This document shows positions 56,141 through 64,000 of a DNA stretch of 64,000 nt, piece by piece. Within the stretch, counting starts at the first letter, position 1. Each line of letters begins with the position of its first letter. The DNA comes from a virus. Lineage: Duplodnaviria > Caudoviricetes. Under the pieces are notes generated by a model. It did not search any database, was not told the DNA's origin, and saw nothing but the letters and a program-made list of their open reading frames with translations. Where the stretch lies: positions 2,197 to 66,196 of the IMG/VR virus record IMGVR_UViG_3300032242_002445. One strand, given 5' to 3'. Made by a program: the position numbers and the translations under genes.

Positions 56141-58267
56141 TCACTTAATTCCCATGACATCCTTGAGGCCCGAGGCGCTTCCGTGGATCTTACTCACGGC
56201 GTCCTGGCGAGCAGCCGGCTTAAGGGCATTGAGTTGGGTCGTGATCTGGCGACCCATAGGGGCGGTCAGCTTGGTCGACGAACCGTCATCGTGCTTGAAG
56301 TTGATCGGAACACCTGCCATGGCGCGACCTGCCTGAACTTGAATGTGCTCGCGGGGATCGCGACCTTCAGGACGAGGCTCGTCACCTTCTACACTCTTCT
56401 TTGGACGACCGCGACCGCGCTTTGCAGCCTCGGCCTCGACAACTGCGTTGAAGAGCCTGAGCTGGTCAGCTGTGAGTGTCGTGACCTGCTCTTCTTCATT
56501 AGCTGATTTCTTTGCAGCGTAATCATCAAACTTTCTAGCCTGATTTGTTTTCTTAAAGCTCTTATCATATAGATCAGCAGCTTTAGAACGAGACTTAGCA
56601 CCTGCACCAAAAGCTGCTTGATGATCGAGATTAGATGCTTTTTTCTTTGCTGCTATAGAAGCCCTATTAGCAAGTTCAGAAGAAACTTCGTCGACCTGCT
56701 CATCTTCCTTGCGGAGGAGCTTGAAGTCTTCTGCGTCGATCTTTCCGTTGTGGTTCTTATCGATCTTCTTCTGCTTGCCGACGAGCTTCTCGGTCACGAC
56801 CTCATCGCTGATGTCGTAGCGAGCCGTGTTGTTGGTTGGATTCTCGCCGCTCTGGTCACCTTTCTCACCGCGCTGGTTGCCGATCGTCGGCTTGTTCGCG
56901 TCTTCCTTGGTGCCCTTCTTCTTGGCCTCGTCGAACTCAGCTGCGATCTCAGCAATCGCCGCCAGCTCCTTCTCTGAAAGCAGATTGTCGGTCATGATCG
57001 TCTCCTCGTTCTTTGGTTTTAGTTTATTTAGTTGGTTTTGTGTGAAGCTTCTTCCTTGAAGCTCCCTGTTCCGATTCAGTGCGGCACTGAGCTTGCTCTT
57101 GATGCTGGAACCTGCCGTCTTAAAGTGCGGAGGATCCTGATCTTCCTTAACAGGCTGACCTGACTGATCCTTGAAGAGCTTCTTAGCTTTTGCTGGCTTG
57201 TCAGGATCACCGGGCGAGTTGTCAAGTTTCGGGTTAAGGTTGACTTGTGTCTTACCGCCGCTCACGGTCCTAGGGTTATCAGAGCTCTGGGACGAGACGC
57301 CCTCGTTCTTGATGCCGAGAGTATCGAGCATCCTCTTCTGTGATTGAGTCCTTCCATAATCTGGAACCGTAGAGAAAGGAATTGACTTTGATCCAGCTAA
57401 TGCAAGAGGACTCATGCCGAGATCGGAAGGACCAACCCTACCCTTCTCAGGATACGGTGTGAACGACTGAACGGAGCTCTTATAGAAGTCGTCGAGCACC
57501 TTGTTCTCGGGTGGAGTAGTGCTTTGTGATGACTGTGACCCACCTGAATCACGTGATGATGATGGCTCTCGAGACTTTGCTGGAGCGGACTGCGATCCGC
57601 CGGAGTCCCTCGACTGTGACGGTTCTGGAGACTTAGCTGTTGGCTTCGGACCCGTGTCCGAAGGGACGGTCGCCGCGACAGGAGGCTTTGGAACAGTGCG
57701 CTCATATGATGCATCGCGTGATGCCTGCTGTCCGGCCTTCATCTTGTCGTCGATCTTATCGAGCGCACCCCTGTCGTAGGACTTAATTCCTGCGGCGAGA
57801 GGGCTGTTGCCGCTCTTGTAGTCGTCGTTTGCCTTAGGTGCAGGCTCGGCAACTTTAGGGGTCGGCTTAGGACCTGTGTCGGACGGCTTGGTCGTAGGAA
57901 CTGCAGGCTTGTCCGAGGACTTGTCCTGCTGAGTCTTGAGCCTCTGATAAACTTGATAAGGACCCTCGCCGGCGCGGGCTGAGTCGGACTTACCGCCGTG
58001 GGAGAACGACTGACCGACCTTGACGTCGGAGCCGGACTTCCAGTTGTTGTTATCGAGGAACTTCTGAAAGTCAGGATCGCGGGAAGCCTCGTCGATGATC
58101 TTCGTCATGATCTCGGCGTTCTTCGCGAGCTTTGACTTCTCGCTGGTAGGCTTGTCGGCCGTGTCGCGACGACCGACGTTGACGACCTTACGGCGTGCCT
58201 CGGTATTGCGATCCGCGCCTTCGCTGAGGACGTTCCTGATCTGTGATTCTAAGCTCTTGTAGTTCAT
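56141..58267 (-). CDS. Modular low-complexity head/internal polyprotein-like protein
   Basis: Segments separated by (I/L/V)xE or NEE sites; EF-hand-like IDKNHNGKIDAEDF; AT-hook KRGRGRPKK. Confidence 0.65.
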   Translation of the reverse strand: MNYKSLESQIRNVLSEGADRNTEARRKVVNVGRRDTADKPTSEKSKLAKNAEIMTKIIDEASRDPDFQKFLDNNNWKSGSDVKVGQSFSHGGKSDSARAGEGPYQVYQRLKTQQDKSSDKPAVPTTKPSDTGPKPTPKVAEPAPKANDDYKSGNSPLAAGIKSYDRGALDKIDDKMKAGQQASRDASYERTVPKPPVAATVPSDTGPKPTAKSPEPSQSRDSGGSQSAPAKSREPSSSRDSGGSQSSQSTTPPENKVLDDFYKSSVQSFTPYPEKGRVGPSDLGMSPLALAGSKSIPFSTVPDYGRTQSQKRMLDTLGIKNEGVSSQSSDNPRTVSGGKTQVNLNPKLDNSPGDPDKPAKAKKLFKDQSGQPVKEDQDPPHFKTAGSSIKSKLSAALNRNRELQGRSFTQNQLNKLKPKNEETIMTDNLLSEKELAAIAEIAAEFDEAKKKGTKEDANKPTIGNQRGEKGDQSGENPTNNTARYDISDEVVTEKLVGKQKKIDKNHNGKIDAEDFKLLRKEDEQVDEVSSELANRASIAAKKKASNLDHQAAFGAGAKSRSKAADLYDKSFKKTNQARKFDDYAAKKSANEEEQVTTLTADQLRLFNAVVEAEAAKRGRGRPKKSVEGDEPRPEGRDPREHIQVQAGRAMAGVPINFKHDDGSSTKLTAPMGRQITTQLNALKPAARQDAVSKIHGSASGLKDVMGIK

Positions 58268-58278
58268 CCTAGCCTACC

Positions 58279-58713
58279 TTACTTGATAATGGAGGTCAAC
58301 ATCCAGTTGTGCTTCCAGTGTTTGTCGAGACGATCCTCGAGGAAGTTGACGAGACCGAAGGCACCTTCCTTCTCGGCAAGTTCCCTAGCCTTCTTCAACT
58401 CATCGATGACGAGCTTGTTGTCCAGCTGCAGTATCTTTACCATCCTGAGCGCGTCAGGGACGTTCGTCTCGTCCTCGATGACGCTCAGCTCGGAGTACCT
58501 CTTGAAGGAGCCGGGAGCGTAGGCCCCTAAGGTCCTAATCTCCTCGGCCATACCGTCGATAGATCCATAGACCTCCTCGTAGAGATCACCGAAGAACTCA
58601 TGGTACTGCGGGAAGTTAGCTCCCTCCACATTCCAGTGAAAGTAGTGTGCCTTAAGGTAAAGCGCGAACGCGCTTGCTAAGACAACCTTCATCTTCTCTA
58701 CGAGTGCGTCCAT
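58279..58713 (-). CDS. dps: Dps / DNA-binding ferritin-like protein
   Basis: K.H.FHWNVEG..F.QYH.FF..LYEE....D..AE.IR.LG; H.KH.WML. Confidence 0.92.
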   Translation of the reverse strand: MDALVEKMKVVLASAFALYLKAHYFHWNVEGANFPQYHEFFGDLYEEVYGSIDGMAEEIRTLGAYAPGSFKRYSELSVIEDETNVPDALRMVKILQLDNKLVIDELKKARELAEKEGAFGLVNFLEDRLDKHWKHNWMLTSIIK

Positions 58714-58714
58714 C

Positions 58715-58969
58715 TCAGTTAGCTACCTTCTTGTTCCTTGTTTTCTTCACTGTAGTATTCTTACGAGTAGAAGGAACAGCAGCTGGAGCCTTTCCTTTAC
58801 TATCCTTTGCATTCTTCCTCGGCTTCTTAACTTCAACCGAGCTTTCCTTTACTTTCAAATCAGCAACCGTGTTCGGAAGCTCGGCCTCTCTTTGATTAAG
58901 CATTTTCAAAATACCCCAACCAAGAGCAGCGATGCCCACTACGATGATGATTACCATAAACAGTTCCAT
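58715..58969 (-). CDS. Membrane-anchored Lys-rich protein
   Basis: N-terminal TM segment, basic tail. Confidence 0.6.
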   Translation of the reverse strand: MELFMVIIIVVGIAALGWGILKMLNQREAELPNTVADLKVKESSVEVKKPRKNAKDSKGKAPAAVPSTRKNTTVKKTRNKKVAN

Positions 58970-58991
58970 AACTCATTCTCTCCTTAATTAT

Positions 58992-59156
58992 TTACTGTCC
59001 GCCGCCGCCTGAGCTTCCGCTCTTACCGGCCGGCAACTTCCTCAACTTCCCATCCGCCTGACGGATGGTCTCATAATCCACTCGCACGTCAGTTCGCTTT
59101 CCTGTAGCCCCTTGTGGTACGCTCAGTTCGGCGATGTGCTCGCGAAATTTCTTCAT
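58992..59156 (-). CDS. Small protein with a capsid-targeting-like N-terminus
   Basis: Read manually: MKKFREHIAELSVPQGATGKRTDVRVDYETIRQADGKLRKLPAGKSGSSGGGGQ. Confidence 0.6.
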   Translation of the reverse strand: MKKFREHIAELSVPQGATGKRTDVRVDYETIRQADGKLRKLPAGKSGSSGGGGQ

Positions 59157-59569
59157 CTTCCTAACAAACTTTTAATCGTATTTACGTGATCGCGATCCTT
59201 CTGCTTCTCAGGTTCTGAAAGCTGAGAATATGGAACGTGCTGATCTGCGTTGTAATCAGCCTTAGGATTTCTCTTCATCCACTCATTGTGAACGTGTTCG
59301 GCAGCCGCTTCGGTATCATTTCCGTGTTTTCTTACGGCCATCAGAGCAGCTTTTCCGGCTTCAAGATTTTCTTTCTGCCAGTCAGGGTGAAGCTTGTGAA
59401 ATGGAACGTTGATGTTACTTTCGGTACCGTCACTGTTCTTCTTTACCCTCTCCTTTCCAGTATTATCGGGATCGAATCCTTTGCGCCACTTGTCGTGTTG
59501 AATTGAGGCGAACTGCGTTACCGCGTCCTTTCCTCTTCCTTCGAGTATAAAATCCTTGAACTTCTTCAT
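59153..59569 (-). CDS. RyR-domain-like protein with a capsid-targeting-like N-terminus
   Basis: MKKFKDFILE; two repeats H..W....VP(F/Y)..L....K (VPFHKLHPDWQKEN, VPYSQLSEPEKQKDR). Confidence 0.65.
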   Translation of the reverse strand: MKKFKDFILEGRGKDAVTQFASIQHDKWRKGFDPDNTGKERVKKNSDGTESNINVPFHKLHPDWQKENLEAGKAALMAVRKHGNDTEAAAEHVHNEWMKRNPKADYNADQHVPYSQLSEPEKQKDRDHVNTIKSLLGR

Positions 59570-59570
59570 A

Positions 59571-60455
59571 TCAGCAGTTCCATGCACGACGAGACCAGTA
59601 GTTGGCGCTCGTCTTCTTCGATAGATTTCCTTGCCCGCTCGAGCGTGCGCAGTACGAGCGCTTGCGAGCTGGGATGTCCTTCTTGATACTAAGCTTCTTG
59701 TCGCCGAAGTTGACCTTCTTGATGTTTCCGGTGCTCGGATCCTTGACGAAGACCTTGGACTTCTTGACGTCGCCCTTCATAGGCTTATTTAGCGGTACTT
59801 GCTTGCCGTGATAGAGCGCCTCGGCCAAGCCGCAGTCGCAACCCTCGCAGATCTCAACAACGTTCTCGAGCGACTCCTTGATGGCGGTCTTGATCGTCTT
59901 GAGCCTCATGCTCGCCTTCTTCTTCTCGCCGATGTGCCTCAAGGCGTCCTCCTGACCAGGAGTGTTCTGAATATAGGCACGTGCGTCTCCGTCGAAGCGA
60001 CTGCTCGACTTGTTGATGTCGTCGGACCTCGGTTCAGAGCGCTCGCGCTCCTCGCTGGACAGCTTGAAGTCCTTTGCGGTAGGACGACCCTTCTCTCCAG
60101 GTCGACGCATGTGCTCACCGGAGCCGTGCTTGATCCTCTCGCGCTTGGCATGGATGTTGTCCCAAAGCCCGCGCTTCTCTTGTAAGTCCTTGTCCATCTC
60201 GGCTGCCACTCCTCCGGCAATAAATGAGTTCACCCTCGAGAAGGCCTCCTGGACCTCCCTGTCGTACATCCCAAGATCACGCGCGACCTTCCAGCCGCGG
60301 AGGAACACCTCCTCGAGCGTGTCAACGTCGAAGCCGCTTTTCTTGGATTTTTTATAGAGGGAGAGTTTGATTGAGTCAGATAAAACTACGGCAGATCCTA
60401 CACCTTGCTCAACAAAGTCTAGCTGAGGACTAGGGAGATCTTGGGTCTTATGCAT
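59571..60455 (-). CDS. Multi-module basic head-associated protein
   Basis: Modules KSKKSG..L..V..RG...F.RVNSF; GLWDNIHAKRERIK.GSGE.MR; LNKP..GD.KK..V.VK...KV.FG...SYCAR....YWS...W. Confidence 0.7.
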   Translation of the reverse strand: MHKTQDLPSPQLDFVEQGVGSAVVLSDSIKLSLYKKSKKSGFDVDTLEEVFLRGWKVARDLGMYDREVQEAFSRVNSFIAGGVAAEMDKDLQEKRGLWDNIHAKRERIKHGSGEHMRRPGEKGRPTAKDFKLSSEERERSEPRSDDINKSSSRFDGDARAYIQNTPGQEDALRHIGEKKKASMRLKTIKTAIKESLENVVEICEGCDCGLAEALYHGKQVPLNKPMKGDVKKSKVFVKDPSTGNIKKVNFGDKKLSIKKDIPARKRSYCARSSGQGNLSKKTSANYWSRRAWNC

Positions 60456-60531
60456 TGGAGTTTCCCTTGGGCTTATCCATGAACATTGCGCAGGATTGCC
60501 GTAGCCTTACTGCACTGCAAAAGTATTTATA
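60456..60531 (-). promoter_or_regulatory. Late promoter TATAAATA followed by a tandem structured leader
   Basis: TATAAATA at 60531-60524; two related stem-loop units before the ATG. Confidence 0.6.
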
Positions 60532-60533
60532 TG

Positions 60534-61970
60534 CTATAATTGCTCAACGAAGTTCCACGTGCAGACGACATTAGACGATGATCCACCTGCGGTAAGCTGT
60601 TGGATGCAGATGGTGAGGGTTGCAGGATTGCGATTTATGTCAGAGCCGAGGTTGAACGTATCCGGCAATCCGTCGAAGATCTGCTGTCCGATGCCAGTCT
60701 GGGTCACACCTGATAGAACTGTGAGACCTCCAGAGATCGTAGCGGTGTTCGACCAGGTCCACTGCCTAGCCGACCTCCCTATCGTCGAGTTAGAGACTGA
60801 GCTGTTGCCTGCGTATGCGTAGGTCCCGTTGATCGTCGCGTTGTAGACTACGGTGTACAGGAAGGTCCCGGCAGTTGCGTTCTTACCTTGGTTGTTCTGC
60901 TCAACGAGGGTGAACTCACCTGGAGATAGGTCAGAGTGATCGTATGGGGCACCTGACCTTAGTCCGATGGTTAGGATCGGTGTGAGTGTCGTTGCCGGGA
61001 CGTAGCCGTTGATGTTGTACGCCGTCGCGGGAGACGAGTTGTACCTAGTCGGTGCCTCGGCCTGGTACGCGATGCCTGACATATTGAAGTATGGGATGTT
61101 TGGTTGTACCGTGCTGTTAAATATCTCTCTCCTGAGAGGAAGGCTCGCTGCTGATATGAAGTTGGTGTTCTGAGCGTTGACACCGCTGTAGCTCTGAACG
61201 TGACAGATCTGAGGACCGTTGGGGCCACCCATGCCGAAGCGAATACGACCGGTCCTACCTCCGATCATGTCGAACCAGAAAGTGTAGTAGTAGTTCAGTC
61301 CCTTTGAGAATATGTTGAATCCCGAAGGTCCTGTGCCGTCAAGCTTGTCGGTGTTGAAGTTGTTGGCGTATGTCCTGTCCTCGACTATGGATCCGTTGGC
61401 AAGAGTCCTTCTTACTACGACAGCTAGAGTGTTTGCGTTCTGTTCCCAGAAGATGCCGTCGTTCGAGTCAAACAGTCCGGTGCGACGAGTCACTCCGCTG
61501 TCGGTGCTGTTCGCGCTGAAGTTGACCGTGGTATAGACCGTATGCGAGGTTCCAGGAATGATCTTGTACTTGACGTAGGTCTGTCTTATCACTGAACCTG
61601 ACGCCGAGTTACCCGATGTCATGGAGATCTCAGACGTGTTTGCTAGGAAAGACGAGTTTGCTAGAGTACCGACATTGACTTGACTCCACTTGTAGGTTGT
61701 ATCATCGTCGACTACAGGAGTAAAGAAGTCCTGATTCTGAATTGCCGAGACCCTCAGCTTAGAGAGTGCGTCGACCGACCATGTAGGAGCTGCCTGCGTG
61801 AAGACGTAGTTAGTGGTATTAGAGAGTACTTGAACGTTCTGTGTCGCAGGGAAGTTAACTGATGAGTTGCCTATGTCGACTGGAAGTCTAGTATTTGTTG
61901 TGATAGCGACGCTGTTGCTGTTGAAGATCCTGACGTTGCCGCTGATGGTATTGCTAAAGAGATACGTCAT
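60534..61970 (-). CDS. Beta-rich virion protein (lectin/ConA-like)
   Basis: DA..KLRVS; RQT..Y..PG; G.FD...G.F.E; W.....G.GRIRFG; LP.R.E. Confidence 0.6.
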   Translation of the reverse strand: MTYLFSNTISGNVRIFNSNSVAITTNTRLPVDIGNSSVNFPATQNVQVLSNTTNYVFTQAAPTWSVDALSKLRVSAIQNQDFFTPVVDDDTTYKWSQVNVGTLANSSFLANTSEISMTSGNSASGSVIRQTYVKYKIIPGTSHTVYTTVNFSANSTDSGVTRRTGLFDSNDGIFWEQNANTLAVVVRRTLANGSIVEDRTYANNFNTDKLDGTGPSGFNIFSKGLNYYYTFWFDMIGGRTGRIRFGMGGPNGPQICHVQSYSGVNAQNTNFISAASLPLRREIFNSTVQPNIPYFNMSGIAYQAEAPTRYNSSPATAYNINGYVPATTLTPILTIGLRSGAPYDHSDLSPGEFTLVEQNNQGKNATAGTFLYTVVYNATINGTYAYAGNSSVSNSTIGRSARQWTWSNTATISGGLTVLSGVTQTGIGQQIFDGLPDTFNLGSDINRNPATLTICIQQLTAGGSSSNVVCTWNFVEQL

Positions 61971-62791
61971 ACTATTCTCCAACTTCCATTGTTATAGATC
62001 ATTTGAACGCCGCCGTTATCTTCTGCGAGGATGAATCCACCTGAATCGTTATCGACAGTTCCGAGTACTGTAATAGGGTTAGACGAGCAGTTACCGACCT
62101 CGTCTTTAATTATTATATACCTGCCGTTCTTAGCTTTGGTCGGCAAAGTTATCGTAGCAGGGGTAGCTCCGACTCCGACGTAGTAGTCTTTGTTCGTAAA
62201 TGTGTAGTCAGAGTAGACAGTCTTTGTAGGATGATCAAGATGGACCACGTCACCCGCGCCGCCTCCGCCGAGCTGAGAGTGCCTCTGCGCGAACCTATGA
62301 AAGTCGGCGATCGACTTCTTGATGATGTCGAGCTCCTTGCGATAGGAGTCGGGAATATCATCGACCGTCTTCTGCACGTCGAGAGGCGATGCTTTCGAGA
62401 TCGCAACGACGGTCTTGTTAATTATGTCGTTCTTTGGAAGTGCGGGCTCTACCTGCTTGGCATCCTCGACTATAGGATCGGGTTCGGACGCGACGACGAC
62501 CTCCACCAAGGGTTCTTCAACGGCGATGGTCTCGACGATAGGTTCCGGCTCTACTTGAGGCTCAGGCTCGCTCCTCGGATTGAGAACCCTGCTGAAGTTC
62601 TCGAGGAGCTTGCGCTCGCGCTCCTTCTTCTCCTCCATCTCTGTCAGTACGTCTGTGACACCTAGCGAGTTGGCGAGGTTCTTAATCAAGGACTGCTCCT
62701 TGACCTTCTTCTCCTCGATTCCCGTGAGGACGTTGTCGGCTCCTAGGATCTTTGCAAAGTTCTTAAGTAGCCGGTCTTCATCTATCATCAC
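61967..62791 (-). CDS. Hypothetical protein with a fibre-type C-terminal domain
   Basis: GGGGAG linker; DYYVGV...TITLP...GR..IIKDE.G...NPIT...W.I. Confidence 0.65.
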   Translation of the reverse strand: MMIDEDRLLKNFAKILGADNVLTGIEEKKVKEQSLIKNLANSLGVTDVLTEMEEKKERERKLLENFSRVLNPRSEPEPQVEPEPIVETIAVEEPLVEVVVASEPDPIVEDAKQVEPALPKNDIINKTVVAISKASPLDVQKTVDDIPDSYRKELDIIKKSIADFHRFAQRHSQLGGGGAGDVVHLDHPTKTVYSDYTFTNKDYYVGVGATPATITLPTKAKNGRYIIIKDEVGNCSSNPITVLGTVDNDSGGFILAEDNGGVQMIYNNGSWRIV

Positions 62792-63396
62792 TAGGCCTTG
62801 TAGTGTGTCATAGTTACACCTTCGGGACCGTGCTGAACATGGTACCCATGGAACTCAACGTCGGGGTGCTTCTTCTTTAAGTCGAGCATCGACTGGATGT
62901 TCGGAAGGTGGTCGTCGTAGAGGTGCACCTTCTTGTATCCGTTCTTACTTATCTGATCGGATATGATCTTCGCCTTTGCCTCGTGCGTAGGAAGCTTGAT
63001 GTTACCTGCACGATGGACGTGAACTCCACCAGCTCCGATGTTGACACCGTAGCTACCCCACTTCCTTGCGAACTTGTCCTTGTCGTCGAAGTCGCCGCGG
63101 GCTGTGATGATGCCCGCCTTACCGCCGTTCTTGACGATGCCCTTCATCTTGGCAAGGACCTTGCGGATCGGCTTTGCCGACTTTGCGAACTTTTCTGACG
63201 AGGCGAACTCGTGAAAGTCGTAGCTGTGCCCAGGCTGGAGCTTGTGGTGGTTGTACTGCTGAGGATCGAGCTTCTCGACAGTGTTGCCGTGCTCGTCCTT
63301 GACGTGAACGTGAGTGTCGCCGGTGTCCATCAGCGTCTTGTCGACGTCGAAGTAGTGAACACTGCTCTCCGTGATGAACTGACCGAAGCTCTTCAT
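62791..63396 (-). CDS. HAD-superfamily phosphatase with a capsid-targeting-like N-terminus
   Basis: FDVDKTL (motif I), ITAR, K, YDD...N; starts MKSFGQFITE. Confidence 0.75.
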   Translation of the reverse strand: MKSFGQFITESSVHYFDVDKTLMDTGDTHVHVKDEHGNTVEKLDPQQYNHHKLQPGHSYDFHEFASSEKFAKSAKPIRKVLAKMKGIVKNGGKAGIITARGDFDDKDKFARKWGSYGVNIGAGGVHVHRAGNIKLPTHEAKAKIISDQISKNGYKKVHLYDDHLPNIQSMLDLKKKHPDVEFHGYHVQHGPEGVTMTHYKA

Positions 63397-63399
63397 TTG

Positions 63400-64000
63400 T
63401 TATCTCTTTAGTTTGATCTGACCGGATTGGATCGCGCCCTTGACCTTTGCTCGAACTTTCTCGGACTCGGGTTTTGAGAACATGGGACCAATATGACGAT
63501 GGAACTCATCCGTATCGTCGTTCACGGCGGCGTTCCTCATGTTGGTGCCGCTCATGCCGTGCGACCTATCGCTGTCCTCAGGAGTGTGAACTTGGATCTC
63601 GTCGAACTTGCGCCCTTCCATCTCCTTGATCTTACCCTGCTCGAGCGAGTTCTTAAGACCGTGCGCCCAGCTCTCGCGATCCTTACCTACGAGGATGTGA
63701 AGAATCTTGCGCCCGTTTCCTGTAAGTGAGTCGTGGGCGCGACGTATGGTGTCGCCTGCCCCGCTCACGACGTGAACGTTGGTGCCGGTGCTGCCCCACT
63801 GTCGCTCGAGGACACCCTTCCTCTCCTCGGGAGAGAAGACGTCGGACTTCGACGAGATGCCGAGGTGCTTTGTTCCGGGAAGCTTCGACATCGCACCGCC
63901 GAGGTCCTTGGCGTGACCCATGTGGGATATAGGGCTGAAACCGACGAGAGGTATCGCCGTCGTGTGCTGCTCGCCTTCGTCAGACTCGGTAACTGTATCC
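63400..64000 (-). CDS. Cytidylyltransferase-like nucleotidyltransferase (5' end outside window)
   Basis: Frame open to the window edge: ...VTESDEGEQHTTAIPLVGFSPISHMGHAK (HxGH motif); VG.DR; GMSGT.MR..A. Confidence 0.75.
   Translation of the reverse strand, partial: DTVTESDEGEQHTTAIPLVGFSPISHMGHAKDLGGAMSKLPGTKHLGISSKSDVFSPEERKGVLERQWGSTGTNVHVVSGAGDTIRRAHDSLTGNGRKILHILVGKDRESWAHGLKNSLEQGKIKEMEGRKFDEIQVHTPEDSDRSHGMSGTNMRNAAVNDDTDEFHRHIGPMFSKPESEKVRAKVKGAIQSGQIKLKR

Noticed and set aside
1-64000. Stop-codon reassignment
   Set aside because: Core genes are intact in the standard code, and TAA, TAG and TGA all terminate genes
1-64000. CRISPR array, integrase/att site or DGR
   Set aside because: No regularly spaced repeats, recombinase or reverse transcriptase seen; the repeats found are coding
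1-64000. Apparent abundance of TCGA-containing palindromes
   Set aside because: Plausibly explained by ATC/GTC/CTC followed by GAC/GAG codon pairs; cannot be tested without a codon-shuffled count

Overview
A 64 kb segment of a large T4-like myophage genome, moderately GC-rich with discrete AT-rich islands. The host is probably alphaproteobacterial, inferred from a two-piece permuted tmRNA with tag (A)ANDNAPFEARLAA. Positions 1-25.8 kb (minus strand) hold tail-fibre, virion and baseplate genes: gp48, gp53, hub, a split gp5, PAAR, gp25, gp6, gp7, gp8 and a split VrlC/DUF4815-like gene. Positions 25.9-32.7 kb (plus strand) hold gp4, gp2, a tube-family gene, gp26, a start-less gp51, a holin and two paralogous hydrolase-bearing tail proteins. 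Positions 32.8-53.6 kb (minus strand) hold replication and nucleotide genes (gp32, gp59, gp33, PhoH, RNase H, glycosyltransferase, SpeD, glutaredoxin, NrdB, NrdA, ThyX, primase), tRNA-Arg, tmRNA and two inverted AT-rich homing endonucleases. Positions 53.6-64 kb are a late cluster of likely head-packaged proteins plus Dps. Strongest leads: (1) a -1 frameshift site (T TTT TTT) that would fuse gp26 to gp51; (2) a modular head polyprotein containing an AT-rich 70-codon cassette bounded by direct repeats that encode protease-type linkers; (3) a set of enzymes with T4-like capsid-targeting N-termini; (4) gp5 split around an unknown 472-aa gene; (5) a tandem structured RNA leader. All family assignments come from recognised motifs and synteny, not database searches.
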